From Amphiscolops sp. MND2022 (lineage: Eukaryota): a stretch of DNA of 64,000 nt. Positions 1-16,397 of this stretch are shown piece by piece. The notes under the pieces were generated by a model that searched no databases, had not been told where the DNA came from, and saw only the letters and a program-made list of their open reading frames with translations. Location: assembly GCA_964187785.1 (NCBI GenBank), contig OZ076409.1, forward strand, positions 94,428,001-94,492,000, in the 5' to 3' direction. The number at the start of each line of letters is the position of its first letter. Position 1 is the stretch's first letter. A program made the translations under genes and the position numbers.

Positions 1-808
<808 letters not shown>

Positions 809-811
809 GAA

Positions 812-2005
812 CCTTTATTACTCTGGGAGAGACGAATACACTCTCGGTTCCAGTGAGTCCCTTGAGTCAACCTGAGTGTCAATTTTTTGACCCCTGCCTC
901 AGAGCAAAATTAGCACAGTTGAATACAAAACGTGGTAGTTTGGAATCTGCATAGAGCCCATAATCATAATCGTAATCATAGTAATCGTCGTAGTCATAGT
1001 CATGTTGATATGTTTGGGTTGGTCGAAAATTAATGGACATGTCCCACACATTGAAGGCTAAAAGTGTGATGATAGCCACAACAAGACCTGCTGAAAGTGC
1101 CTTTAATCTGTTCCCAGCCAAAATATCGGACGTTGGAAGACATATCAAACAATATCTGATGAACGCTGAAGCAAGAATACATAATCCAGTTGAGAACTCA
1201 TTGACAATCAGTCGGAAGAATGTCAATGCACAGCCAAGTTTTCCTTTGTAAATAGGCTTTTTCAGCTTTTTCTGGAGATAATTCGCTGAAGGATAAATCA
1301 AAGTGAAAATATTTTCATTCTTCGTCAAGTAAGTACTGTACATCTTTGAAGTTTTTCGCCTACTTATAATTCTTGATCCGTGTTAACGTTAAGAATTCAA
1401 AATGACCATCATGAATTATTAGAGCTACTCAAACGCTCAAGTCGAATTTTTCATGAATTTCATAGAAAACGATTTCATGAAGCAAAAAAGCAGAGCTGAA
1501 AAATGCCTGGTAATATTTGATAATCCAACATAAGTTCGAAGTCCAGCGGGTAATCATCGTCTTCACCTGAATAGATCGACCGAAAGTTTTTAAACGAGAG
1601 AATCACGTAAACCAAGTTTGAGATCCCAGGACCTATCAGATCAATTAATGCTTGCAGTCCAATTGGGAAAAAAAGCAGACTCTTAAACTCTTGGGTTGTT
1701 AGCAGGCAATAGAGAAGAAAAGCATTGAAGGTAAAACAGAAAAGACTTCCAATTATCGACAAAACTGTGGACCATTCATAGAACACCACCATTGCTTCAG
1801 CAGAATGTGAGAAGCGCGCGTAATCAAGATCATATGGTGCAAAACTTGTCTCTGACGTGCTAAGGGAAGCAGTGGTTGTGTTTGTTGTTTCGTTGCCGAA
1901 CATCATAACTTCCATAACTAAACTTTCTGAAAACAAAACGAATTGAAGAGAAGAAGTGGTAAAGAGAAGACGTGATCATTAGCCTTCAATTATGACAAAA
2001 ACTAA
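812..2005. repeat. Segmental duplication, copy 1 (copy 2 at 9686-10879, offset 8874 bp)
   Basis: Near-identical sequence with only a handful of substitutions. Homology ends abruptly after ...ATGACAAAAACTAA at 2005/10879. Confidence 0.95.
879..1915 (-). pseudogene. Rhodopsin-class GPCR-like gene fragment (N-terminus, TM1-TM4, ECL2), two putative exons 1915-1507 and 1243-~879
   Basis: N-glycosylation sequons (NET, NTT); TM1 ending FNAFLL; TM2 QALIDLIG; TM3 preceded by Cys (KLGC) and ending FIRYCLICLP (DRY/VCHP-like); TM4; ECL2 Cys. TM5-7 are not visible and could lie outside the window. Confidence 0.65.
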
Positions 2006-5000
2006 CATGTTGCTTTTCTGAACGACATTTAATCTCTTTTGACTTCTCTCATTGACATCTTGATGAAACGATTTTCGCGTTTTTCGAGTTTGTTTTGAAG
2101 TTCGTAGTAAAATCTTTTTAACAAAACAAAGTTGAGTTCGATGCGAGATGTTCACAGAAGGAATGAAAGTTTTTTTTACAAATTCAAGCTACATCTTCCC
2201 TCCTAGCATCATTTGATCACGATTGCATACACAACTTTTCCTCGAACAACTTGTTACTTCCTGTACTTTTGTGGTGAAATTCACCCAGATTTTCAAATTC
2301 TGAATACAAGATGAATATTATGGTATTAGTCATCGCACATGATGGTATCATTTGATTTCATCGTCCTTTTCATTCCCTCTCAAGCAGGTAGTAGATTTGA
2401 ACCTATCAAACCGGAAAAGCGTCCATGTTTCACTGCATTGGTTCGCGGACAATTTGACGAGGAGATGAAGCAGGCGTAAACAATTATTATCTGATTTTTG
2501 AAGTTCAATTTGAGGAAAATAAAATGGGTTGGTAGTTCAGATTATTTCCTAGATGGACAGTACATTAAAAGACTTTAACAGAGCTGCAGTATTAGGTGTC
2601 GAAACGGTGACAACTTCATGGGAAAGACTTTATTATCGTTGTGAATGGTTACAAATCAAAGAAACGTTTTACAGGATAGAATACGTTTTGATTGTAAACT
2701 AGACATATTAAAATTCAAAATGCGTACATCAAGTCTAGACATTCCGATAAGAGGTAAGGGGGATAATGATTTTTTTTTGGATTTTAGGAAAATCATCCGA
2801 CTGGGTTTTGAAAAATAAAAATTTGAATTTTTACCGCTAGATGAGTTTAGGATTCAGAGGGGTCAATGAAATTCAATTCGAGAACGAATGTCTGAGTTTG
2901 TTTTTTTTGTCTAAAATTGGTTTAGGATAGTAGAAGAGTTGGTGTTAAAGTTCAGAAGGACTAGAGACGGTGTGAAACGGTAGCTTTCTGTTTTGTTATT
3001 ATTATATAAAATCATGTTTTAAACGGAGATTTCCACCAAGTTGTAATTATTCTTTTCTTACGTGAGTTTCATGCGAATATGTAATTTTTAGCTTCAGACA
3101 GAATAAAAAGGTGGAGTTACGTTTACGTTTTAGGTTGAATTAAGTGGGGTTTCAAGAGGTGTAAGGTTTTGATATATTTTAATTTCATTTTACATGTTGC
3201 ATTCTCGGAACTTTTGATTTGGAACGTTTGAATTGTTAGACAATTTTAGCTTTGAACGTTCCGTGCGGGATTTGGAAAATTGACGACGGAGGTGAGAGTA
3301 GTTGGCAAGTGAAAGAGCGACGTAGAAGAAATGAGAATGCCTTAAGAAGAGCAGAGAAAAAAAATGTTGTCGGCCAAATTGACAAACATGTAGCTTTATG
3401 AGTTCTCAGTTCAACTTAAGTATTAATCTTGTGTGTGCGTTTTTTGTACAAACTAATATAAAATAAGATTTGGAAGAGCTTCAGCGGCAAGAAGGTAAAT
3501 GCAGGCATGAATAAAGTCAATGGAGTTCAAAAAAAACTAATGTTAGTCAACATTTGTACAGGAAGTGGTCACATGCGGCGTGTAAAAAGAGTTAAAAAAT
3601 TTTTTCATTAAAAAAAACGATATCAAAAAACTTCATTCGAGTGGAAGTCAATATCAGAGGTGAGAAAGGTGAGTAGGCCCTTTCATGTGAACTAAGAAGG
3701 ATGAAAAGGAAGACCAAACGTCTTTTAGAACTGATTGAGTAACTTTTGAAAATTTTTAGAGAGTAGGTGCGGTTGAAAAAAGCAGTGTATAATAAAAAAG
3801 GTATTTAAAGGGAGGAAATTTGAAAATGTTGAGGAAAGCTCCAAATAGGAGACAAGTTGAAATAGTAGGAGGTAGGTCGAAATGATTACAAGCGAAAAAT
3901 TGTGGTTAGAATTGGAAGTAGGGACACAAAGTTTGGTGAAAAAGAATTTCTCTCAGCATTTCTTAAGTTTTGTCAGAATGAACGGCAAAAAATAAAAACT
4001 ATGCAGACGCTTGGGTATGCGAATCAAAGGGGGTAAAGGGAGAAAAAGGATGGGGGTTGGGGGTCATTATGAGACTAAGATTTAAAAAGTTTAAAACTTC
4101 TGAAACTTATAGTTTTATTAGTACAATTTTCAATCGTTATCGATTGTAATCAATGGAACAATGTCGTTAGAAGAATTGCGGGGGATGGGTTGTAATTGTT
4201 TCTATAATAATGGGATTTAGCGTGTGGGACGAGTGTCGTGGAGGGAAAGAACAATATGCTTCGCGCAAATGTGATCGGTGCAGGAGGTAACATCGCAAAC
4301 AATTACTGCAATTATTAGGAAGTATGTGGATAAAAAGACGGGAAAATTGAGTTTTAGCGTGAAAAAAAGTCTTTAATTTTTGTTAATTTGAGGGGGTTAA
4401 ATGAATGACACTTTTAGCTTTTTATCGACATTAGCTATTTTTTTTAATTATCAAAGAGCAAATAATAAATATAATGTTCATGAAGTTTCAAAGTTATTGT
4501 ATTGAATGAATTGCTGTTTATACAACGCAGAATGGACTATCCATTTGATGACAGAGCCAGCTTCACCTTGGGGCAACTGTGGGCGTATCGGGTGGCGGGG
4601 CTTGCGACGTTGCAGGTTGCGGGTCAACTGATGAACTTCTGATTTTTTTGGATGTGGGACGAAGAAGCCACAGCATCCAATGGTTGTAGGTGAAGAGACG
4701 AAGAAGTGGAGATTGTGCATTCCAATGACGAAGTGGAAGGCAGTGACGAGGAAGATGACATCGGAGTAGAAGACAGAGAAATAGAAGTGACTGTGGAGGT
4801 TGGGAGGGCAAAAGTGGAAGAAGTTGGAAAAGTAGGCGCGGAAAGAAGAGAGTCTAGCATTTGGTTGTGGAGGATGTGAATATGCTATTGTGGAGGAAGG
4901 GTATGGAGTGGAGGAAGAAAGCATTGTCAATATCAGAAGAAAATGACGTTCAATCGTGATTACTAAAACAACCTTTTTTATGAATGTTTTTGTAGATGTG

Positions 5001-6085
5001 AATGTGATTAACTTTGTTTAGTGTAAGTTCAAAATGTGTTGTGTCGTATGATGTTGTGATTAATAATTTTTCGATGGAAAGAAGCAGAGAAGTGAAGAAT
5101 GTGAATAGATGTTTAAAAAGAATAGTTAGCAGATTTAGAGTCGCAAGAGATCTTGAAAGGATTCTGCTTGTTTTTTAATTTGACTTTTTTATTGGAGTTT
5201 TCTTGAGGAGAGTCTACAATTTCTACTCAAATGATCGGAAACGAAGTTCCTGAAGTTCTGAGCGAGTGGACTTGAGAGAGTTACTGGTGAAAATGAATCT
5301 ATTTAGGTTTGAAAAGAAGTAAATTAGTTTTTTTGATGAAAAGGGATATCTGGGTTCTAATAAAAAAGGTTAACGTTATGAGAATAGGGAACAAGTGGAA
5401 GCTTTTGTAAAAGAGCAAGAGAGTTTTAATTGAGATTGATTGAACAAACGAGTTTATGCCAAAAGTGTCAAAATGTGAAAGTGAACATAGTAGCTTCTTG
5501 CGAGATGTCAATTAAAATATTTTCTGGTTGACAATTCGAGAAAAGAAAAAAATTGCATTTAGGGAAACTGAATGGTGAATGAAAGAGTTTTAAACGATAA
5601 CAGAAGCTGTAAAAGAAGGAGCTAAAGATGTTGGAGTAAAGATGAAAGCGGAAATGTTTAAGATGAGTTGGCGAATTGAGGAGGAACAAGTTTTTTGAGG
5701 ATATCATTAATGTGTATTGTAGGCAGAGTTAGAGTATGTATGTCATTGTTATGGAGTTGCCGAATATTTAGAAGTGTACGATAGGCGTCGAATGGCTAAG
5801 TAGAATTTAAGATTTCAGTATCAAATTTACCAGTTGGGAAAGAGAAGTAGTTTATACAAACGTTAGGGTTAACAGTTTGCGATAGATATGAAGAGGAGAA
5901 CGGTTGAACAAAAAGTGGGAGGGGGTACGTGAGAGATTTCAAGAGCCGTGGATGATAAAGGAACGAGCTTAGGTAAAGCTTTATTTGTTTCATCAGGAAT
6001 ATTGCGTCATTGTCAAATTTCCCTGGTATTGAAAGCGAAACTGAAGAAGAACATAGTCAAATACTTGTCTTTCGAAAGTTTATCT

Positions 6086-9682
<3,597 letters not shown>

Positions 9683-9685
9683 GAA

Positions 9686-10879
9686 ACTTTATTACTCTGG
9701 GAGAGACGAATACACTCTCGGTGCCAGTGAGTCCCTTGCGTCAACCTGAGTGTCAATTTTTTGACCCCTGCCTCAGAGCAAAATTAGCACAGTTGAATAC
9801 AAAACGTGGTAGTTTGGAATCTGCATAGAGCCCATAATCATAATCGTAATCATAGTAATGGTCGTAGTCATAGTCATGTTGATATGTTTGGGTTGGTCGA
9901 AAATTAATGGACATGTCCCACACATTGAAGGCTAAAAGTGTGATGATAGCCACAACAAGACCTGCTGAAAGTGCCTTTAATCTGTTCCCAGCCAAAATAT
10001 CGGACGTTGGAAGACATATCAAACAATATCTGATGAACGCTGAAGCAAGAATACATAATCCAGTTGAGAACTCATTGACAATCAGTCGGAAGAATGTCAA
10101 TGCACAGCCAAGTTTTCCTTTGTAAATAGGCTTTTTCAGCTTTTTCTGGAGATAATTCGCTGAAGGATAAATCAAAGTGAAAATATTTTCATTCTTCGTC
10201 AAGTAAGTACTGTACATCTTTGAAGTTTTTCGCCTACTTATAATTCTTGATCCGTGTTAACGTTAAGAATTCAAAATGACCATCATGAATTATTAGAGCT
10301 ACTCAAACGCTCAAGTCGAATTTTTCATGAATTTCATAGAAAACGATTTCATGAAGCAAAAAAGCAGAGCTGAAAAATGCCTGGTAATATTTGATAATCC
10401 AACATAAGTTCGAAGTCCAGCGGGTAATCATCGTCTTCACCTGAATAGATCGACCGAAAGTTTTTAAACGAGAGAATCACGTAAACCAAGTTTGAGATCC
10501 CAGGACCTATCAGATCAATTAATGCTTGCAGTCCAATTGGGAAAAAAAGCAGACTCTTAAACTCTTGGGTTGTTAGCAGGCAATAGAGAAGAAAAGCATT
10601 GAAGGTAAAACAGAAAAGACTCCCAATTATCGACAAAACTGTGGACCATTCATAGAACACCACCATTGCTTCAGCAGAATGTGAGAAGCGCGCGTAATCA
10701 AGATCATATGGTGCAAAACTTGTCTCTGACGTGCTAAGGGAAGCAGTGGTTGTGTTTGTTGTTTCGTTGCCGAACATCATAACTTCCATAACTAAACTTT
10801 CTGAAAACAAAACGAATTGAAGAGAAGAAGTGGTAAAGAGAAGACGTGATCATTAGCCTTCAATTATGACAAAAACTAA
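9686..10879. repeat. Segmental duplication, copy 2
   Basis: Matches 812-2005. Confidence 0.95.
9753..10789 (-). pseudogene. Second copy of the GPCR-like fragment (TM1-TM4)
   Basis: Translations are identical to copy 1 except one D/H change in the DY-repeat loop. Confidence 0.65.
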
Positions 10880-11109
10880 TCGATTGGAAAAGAATATCTT
10901 TCAAAACATCACTCAGCAAAATGGAAAACGCTTTCAACAGCAGGGCGATCAAGTCAAACAACATAGGCGGTTTCCAAATAAAGTTATGATTTGTAATCAT
11001 GGTGCACAAACTTGGTATCAGAAACTGCGATTGCTAGAACTCAAGTTCTGCTATGAAACAAAAGACAACTACGCCATTGAATGTGGAACCTCTTTTCGGA
11101 GCAAAGTGT

Positions 11110-11478
11110 AACAAGCCGGGAACGGCCCAAGTCGGCGCCATATCTAAGGCTCAAAAATAGCAAAAGGACTTCAAAGTGTCATGTATTCTCTTCTACAGTA
11201 CCGGCATGAGGAAAAAATTGAAAAAAAAACGAAATTTTTTCAATTTTTTTTGGTCCCGGGAAGTCGCATTGTGCCAAAAAATGTAAAAGGGGACCTCAAA
11301 AAAGCCTAATTAACCTCTATCTCAAGTGCCATCGTAGTAGTAGTGTGGCATCGAGTGTTAGTTCAAGTCAGCTTATAAAGCTTATAAAATCTGTCACTTC
11401 GTTGGTCCCAAAAAAAACAAAAAAAGAAAAGTCACTACTATAGTCTGCGTTCTTCTACGAGAAGCGCCGACAAAAAAA
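11110..11478 (+). mobile_element. Non-autonomous Helentron/DINE-1-like (HINE) interspersed repeat, copy 1
   Basis: Begins AACAAG-CCGGGAACGGC (short hairpin)-CCAAGTCGGCGCC and ends AAGCGCCGACAAAAAAA. It has asymmetric sub-terminal inverted repeats GTCGGCGC/GCGCCGAC, and four related copies are in the window. Confidence 0.6.
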
Positions 11479-11800
11479 TGAGTTTCATAAATGGTTTCAC
11501 GGAAAAGTTATTCTTTCCAAAAACTGTCTCACCTTAAAAACTTGATATCACGAAAAATGTAGTCTTACAAATGATGGATTTCATCAAAGGGTCATGGAGT
11601 GGAACAAGGGGTTTATTTTTGGGTAATGCTGCATTACGATACATATCCCCGCAAGCAAGTTTCCAGATCTTGCGACTTGCATTAATAACCAATCACAGTG
11701 AGTTGTGCAAAAACGCAGTGCAAAAACATGGTCTTCAAAAATGGACAATGCGACGAGATCAAACAAGTCAAACGGTGACCATATGCAAAAATCAGTCATA

Positions 11801-11934
11801 AGTAGTGTATATAATCGTATTTGACGCCAGCGCGAAGGGCGCAAGCTGGCTCACTTCGTTCGCCCCCTTGCTTCGCCATTCGCTTCGCTCATGGCTACTT
11901 CGCGCTAACGTCAAATACGATTATATACACTACT
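11801..11934. repeat. Left terminal inverted repeat, internally palindromic (37-bp arms)
   Basis: AGTAGTGTATATAATCGTATTTGACG-CC-AGCGCGAAG ... CTTCGCGCT-AA-CGTCAAATACGATTATATACACTACT. Confidence 0.93.
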
Positions 11935-12065
11935 TCTTTACCATCCTTACACCTATCGTTAAATACGATTTCTTACACTACTTTGGTAATACTCTACTAA
12001 CCATGTTTTAGAATAAAGCTGAAATTCTTTTGAACTGCTAAATTTCTATGAATTTCACTCTGTAA

Positions 12066-12264
12066 ATGTAAATATTGATTTTCAAAAGAAATTTTTTCAG
12101 ACTGCTAATTAGTTGAGAAGGTAGATGTAAATATTGATTTTCAAAAGAAATTCTTTCAGACTGCTAATTAGTTGAGAAGGTAGATGTAAATATTGATTTT
12201 CAAACGAAATTCTTCCAGACTGCCAATTAGTTTAGAAGGTAGATGTAAATATTGATTTTCAAAA
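12066..12264. repeat. 59-bp tandem repeat, ~3.4 copies
   Basis: Unit ATGTAAATATTGATTTTCAAAAGAAATT...CAGACTGCTAATTAGTTGAGAAGGTAG. Confidence 0.92.
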
Positions 12265-12500
12265 CAATTAAAAAGAAACGAGAAAAACTTGAGCACTGAA
12301 GTGAATTTAATTACACCAAAAATCAATAAAAACACCCAACATTTTCAAAAATTATCTCCACTTCTACTGGGTTTTAAGAGATGGGGTTTTCACCATTGTG
12401 ATCCTCTCTTCCATACGAGTAAAAAGAGATGTCGATGAGCAAAATCCGCCGAGTAGTTAACAAAACCCATCACCAAACGCATTCATTTGAAACAAGATAA

Positions 12501-13036
12501 AATCAAAAAATCTAATTTGACCATGCTGGTTATTTGACCATGCTAGTTATTTGAGCATGTGCGATTTTTGAATTACGCGCGCTCCTAGGTATGGATAGGT
12601 GGATAGCAAACCATTGCACGAATCAAAAAATCTAATTTGACCATGCTAGTTATTTGAGCATGTGCGATTTTTGAATTACGCGGGCTCCTAGGTATGGATA
12701 AGCGGATAGCAAACCATTGCACGAATCAAAAAATCTAATTTGACCATGCTAGTTATTTGAGCATGTGCGATTTTTGAATTACGCGGGCTCCTAGGTATGG
12801 ATAAGCGGATAGCAAACCATTGCACGAATCAAAAAATCTAATTTGACCATGCTAGTTATTTGAGCATGTGCGATTTTTGAATTACGCGCGCTCCTAGGTA
12901 TGGATAGGTGGATAGCAAACCATTGCACGAATCAAAAAATCTAATTTGACCATGCTAGTTATTTGAGCATGTGCGATTTTTGAATTACGCGGGCTCCTAG
13001 GTATGGATAAGCGGATAGCAAACCATTGCATGAATC
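12501..13036. repeat. 103-bp tandem repeat, 5 copies
   Basis: Units start at 12501 (with a 17-bp internal duplication), 12621, 12724, 12827 and 12930. Confidence 0.95.
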
Positions 13037-13094
13037 CTCCAAACATTCATTTGTATTATTAATTACAACTCAGTCGCCACACTCTCTTATCAAC

Positions 13095-13835
13095 ATGAGT
13101 GACAATCTCAGAACGAATATCAACCTTGCCAAAAAAATAAAGAAACTCGGATCCCGTCAGGAGGCTGTTTTGGCTGGTGTGGCAGACCAACTGACAGAAG
13201 AAGAGAAGGCAAATATCACCATTGCTCTAGGCAAAATGGATCAGCTCTCTAACAATATCAAGATTGAAGATGATAAACCCACAAATCAAACCACATCGGG
13301 CGCACCAAATTTTGAAGCCTTCTTCTCAACATTCAGAAACGAGCTTCACGCATATGAGGAATCAGACAGAATGGACAGCTTGATGTTTTCATCAGGTGAG
13401 TATCTCCAATTCAAGACAAGTCTCTATGACAGCTTTGATCCGATGTACTACAAGCGCTATATCTCGCAAATTTACAAATTTGAAGGTCAAGCCAACCGAG
13501 TGTTGCTGTTTCTTGCTGCTGACCGAGGTTTCATTTATTCCAAAATGAAAGAAGATTGTCTCCTGAAAAATATCACATGGAGAGAATATCTCGCTGGACA
13601 GAAACTCTCATACACGACGGTGAACAACCATATTCAGTTTTACGATCTGGTGGAACTGTACCCGAGAGTGCTCATATCCGGAGCAACCAAAACAGAATGG
13701 TTCAAATTCACAAATCAATTCAAAGGGGCGATAAAAGATGACGAAAGCATGAAAACGAGGTTGGCAGTCAGTTTAAAGGAATTCTTAGAGCAAGATGGCT
13801 CTTTTGAAGACGCCTGTGAAAACATTAAAATTTAA
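13095..13835 (+). CDS. Polinton accessory protein, 246 aa, possible helix-turn-helix (DUF3102-like) C-terminal domain
   Basis: Intact ORF from the first ATG. The pattern RGFIYSKMKE...TWREYL...LSYTTVNNHIQFYDLV resembles DUF3102-type HTH segments (by eye only). Confidence 0.7.
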   Translation: MSDNLRTNINLAKKIKKLGSRQEAVLAGVADQLTEEEKANITIALGKMDQLSNNIKIEDDKPTNQTTSGAPNFEAFFSTFRNELHAYEESDRMDSLMFSSGEYLQFKTSLYDSFDPMYYKRYISQIYKFEGQANRVLLFLAADRGFIYSKMKEDCLLKNITWREYLAGQKLSYTTVNNHIQFYDLVELYPRVLISGATKTEWFKFTNQFKGAIKDDESMKTRLAVSLKEFLEQDGSFEDACENIKI

Positions 13836-13902
13836 TATTCCCCTCTATCTGTTTGGTGAGTTTGAAATGAATTTAGTCTATGGTCACAATGTTTTAGTAT
13901 CA

Positions 13903-14000
13903 GTTGAAACGAGACTTATACATTATAGCCTATCTCCACATGTTTAAGTATCCGTTGAACGGAGATTTATACATTATAGCCTATATCCACATGTTTAAGG
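13903..14000. repeat. ~51-bp direct repeat, 2 copies
   Basis: TTATACATTATAGCCTAT(C/A)TCCACATGTTTAAG occurs twice. Confidence 0.8.
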
Positions 14001-14636
14001 ATAGGACTTACCATCTTACCATGGTAATAGTCGCAGGTTGGCGGTCATATCATAATATTGTGTATAATCATGTATAATGTATAAAATACACCGGAAAAAA
14101 TATATTCAAATTTTCAGTTTTTTCTAGAATAACTGTACAGAATTAAATAAATCTACTAAGGTCTAAGAATACTGATGAAAAAAGACAATCGAATTTTATG
14201 TTTTTTGTTCACCAAATAAAGGTTGCCATTTTCAGCACACAATACTGTGTTGCATATAATCATTTTATTTGTATCTTTTGACTATTTTCTGTATTATTCG
14301 GGAAAACATATAACGACTGACTTTTTGGTTCTGTTGCTGTGGAAGAAAGACACCCCCCTTTAATAGGAACATTTGTAATACTCTTTTATCTAGTTACTGA
14401 ATGTTTTCGTGTGGATTCGAAAAAAGAGTCAGTATTATAGTCGCGTTTCACTTCATGATGTGCCGGCTCAAAACAAACACGAGACGCCAATATGCTTATA
14501 ACCAAATAAACGTTGATAATACTATTCAAATTTAAAACATGTAGTCTGTGATTATCAGTGTAGGTTTACCATTGCGCATGCCTATGTGTCTTGTATTTTT
14601 TAGTCATAGACATTTTCATGTCCAATTAAATAAAGA

Positions 14637-15047
14637 ATGAATTTAACATTCAAAGAATTTGTCAAGAAATATGGATTAAAAAACGAAGCAACTTCTAATG
14701 TAAAAATAAAAGGTATACTAGACATAATAAATAGACATATTCATGATTCCTGTAAAGTGTACATGAGAGATGATAAATTTACAACTGATTCAGGAATTGT
14801 AAATTTACACCCCTCAGTGGGAACACACTGGGTCATGTTTATTAAGGAATATTACTTCGATTCATATGGCTGCCCACCTCCAATAAACATACTCAACTAT
14901 CTTAATATTGGTCAATACTCAGAATATCAAATTCAAAAAAATGATAGCTATTGCGCAGCGTATTGTTTATATGTTTTATATCTTACACAAAGTATAGGCT
15001 TTAAAAATGCAGTTTTAAGTTTATACTATCAGACATTTTGTCATTAA
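14637..15047 (+). CDS. Adenain-like (C5) cysteine maturation protease
   Basis: GTHWV (His), YFDSYG (Asp), QIQ...SYCAAYC (Gln/Cys), in the order typical of Polinton and adenovirus proteases. Confidence 0.92.
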   Translation: MNLTFKEFVKKYGLKNEATSNVKIKGILDIINRHIHDSCKVYMRDDKFTTDSGIVNLHPSVGTHWVMFIKEYYFDSYGCPPPINILNYLNIGQYSEYQIQKNDSYCAAYCLYVLYLTQSIGFKNAVLSLYYQTFCH

Positions 15048-15050
15048 TAA

Positions 15051-15218
15051 ATGAAGAAAATTAATACTTATTCAGCTCAGTTTAAAGTCATATATCCAAA
15101 AGATCATTCAAAAAATAATAATACGAATGGTATTCCGAATGAGAAAAAATTATCAAAAGATAGACAAGAATTTATAAATAACATAGCTGCTAGTGGATTT
15201 AAACACTTTCATGCATAA
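15051..15218 (+). CDS. Small 55-aa ORF missing from the ORF track (MKKINTYSAQFK...IAASGFKHFHA), candidate virion core protein
   Basis: Fills the gap between protease and mCP with 3-nt spacing on each side; TAAATG start. Confidence 0.65.
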   Translation: MKKINTYSAQFKVIYPKDHSKNNNTNGIPNEKKLSKDRQEFINNIAASGFKHFHA

Positions 15219-15221
15219 TAA

Positions 15222-16388
15222 ATGGATCTATCAAACTTTGTAACTTATGATAAAAAGGAATCTCTTTTGCTGAATATTGCTAATTCTAATCAAGAAATTG
15301 TTGAAAATACTCATTCGAAACCACAAGAAACTCTAGAATTTAAAATGACTAAACAAAAAGAATCTTTTTCATTCGATGTTCCTCTCCAACTAAATGAAAA
15401 TTGGATGATGGGAGTAACAAGTTTAGAAGTCTATAATACAGTTTATAATATCACTAATAGCAATAACAAACTAGAGATTGTTCTGAATGATCAACAACTC
15501 AAAGAACTTAACCTTGACAGTGAATTATTAGTGTCTGTCGAAGATTTATATAAGGCCTATTTTGTTAAACCTTATAAGTATAATGAATTAATAGAAAAGG
15601 TTAATAAACTTATAACTAATAGTTATTCTAAAAAGAAGAAACTTACTAGAGTAGATTTTACCTATTTAACAAAGATAATTGAATCACTTAATCAAATATA
15701 TAAAGAACGCCTCAATCAAGAAAGAATAATTCAAGCATACAAAGACCACCTAAAACTTGAAAAAATAAATTGGGACGAAATAAATTGGGAGGAAATAAAT
15801 TTGGATGAAATAAACCAAGAAGAAATAAACCAAATAAATCAAATAAATTTACCCCCCTTTGAAATTATTGAAAACGATTTCTTTGGAATACAACTAACAC
15901 CAGGAGTTTATGAACTAGTTGATATAAATAATGCAATTAAACAAAAAATTCATGAAAGTGATTATGATTTTAAAATTGATATAATACCCGACACAATATC
16001 AATGAAATCAGTTTTAACAACCTCAAACTCTATTCATTTTAACTCCAGACTTAACATTCTTTTGGGATTTACAAACAAGGATTACCCACCCGGAACTCAC
16101 ACTTCAGAGAAACCAGTTATGATAACGACCACCGATAAAGTTCACCTGAAGTGCGACTGCGTAGATGGTTCAATTGTTAATGGAATTAGAGAGCAAATCC
16201 TGTTTAGTTTTAATCTTAGTGCTCCTCCGGGATATAAAATTATAAATAATCCGACTACTGTTTTGTACAAAAAGATAAACAAAACAAGATTAGACCAGAT
16301 ACAATTTTTTCTTGAAGACTCCAACCACAACCCAGTAGATTTCAACAACGAGACACTCACATTCACAATTCAAATCATCAAGATTTAA
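15222..16388 (+). CDS. Minor capsid (penton, single jelly-roll) protein with a long insertion
   Basis: C-terminal VHLKCDCVDGSIVNG...LFSF...PPGYKI...PVDFNNETLTF is typical of Polinton mCP; the N-terminal PLQLNENWMMGVTSL strand is also present. Confidence 0.85.
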   Translation: MDLSNFVTYDKKESLLLNIANSNQEIVENTHSKPQETLEFKMTKQKESFSFDVPLQLNENWMMGVTSLEVYNTVYNITNSNNKLEIVLNDQQLKELNLDSELLVSVEDLYKAYFVKPYKYNELIEKVNKLITNSYSKKKKLTRVDFTYLTKIIESLNQIYKERLNQERIIQAYKDHLKLEKINWDEINWEEINLDEINQEEINQINQINLPPFEIIENDFFGIQLTPGVYELVDINNAIKQKIHESDYDFKIDIIPDTISMKSVLTTSNSIHFNSRLNILLGFTNKDYPPGTHTSEKPVMITTTDKVHLKCDCVDGSIVNGIREQILFSFNLSAPPGYKIINNPTTVLYKKINKTRLDQIQFFLEDSNHNPVDFNNETLTFTIQIIKI

Positions 16389-16397
16389 TATAAATAA

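Noticed and set aside
2006..6085. Short minus-strand ORFs (4478-4930 and others)
   Set aside because: Low-complexity, strand-biased sequence, probably decayed retroelement; no recognisable domain.
11571..12011. Short ORFs overlapping the left Polinton terminus (likewise 27092-27723 on the right)
   Set aside because: They overlap or adjoin the TSD and palindromes and show no domain or TAAATG start.
12501..13036. CRISPR-like array
   Set aside because: Units are contiguous with no unique spacers, the context is eukaryotic, and there are no cas genes.
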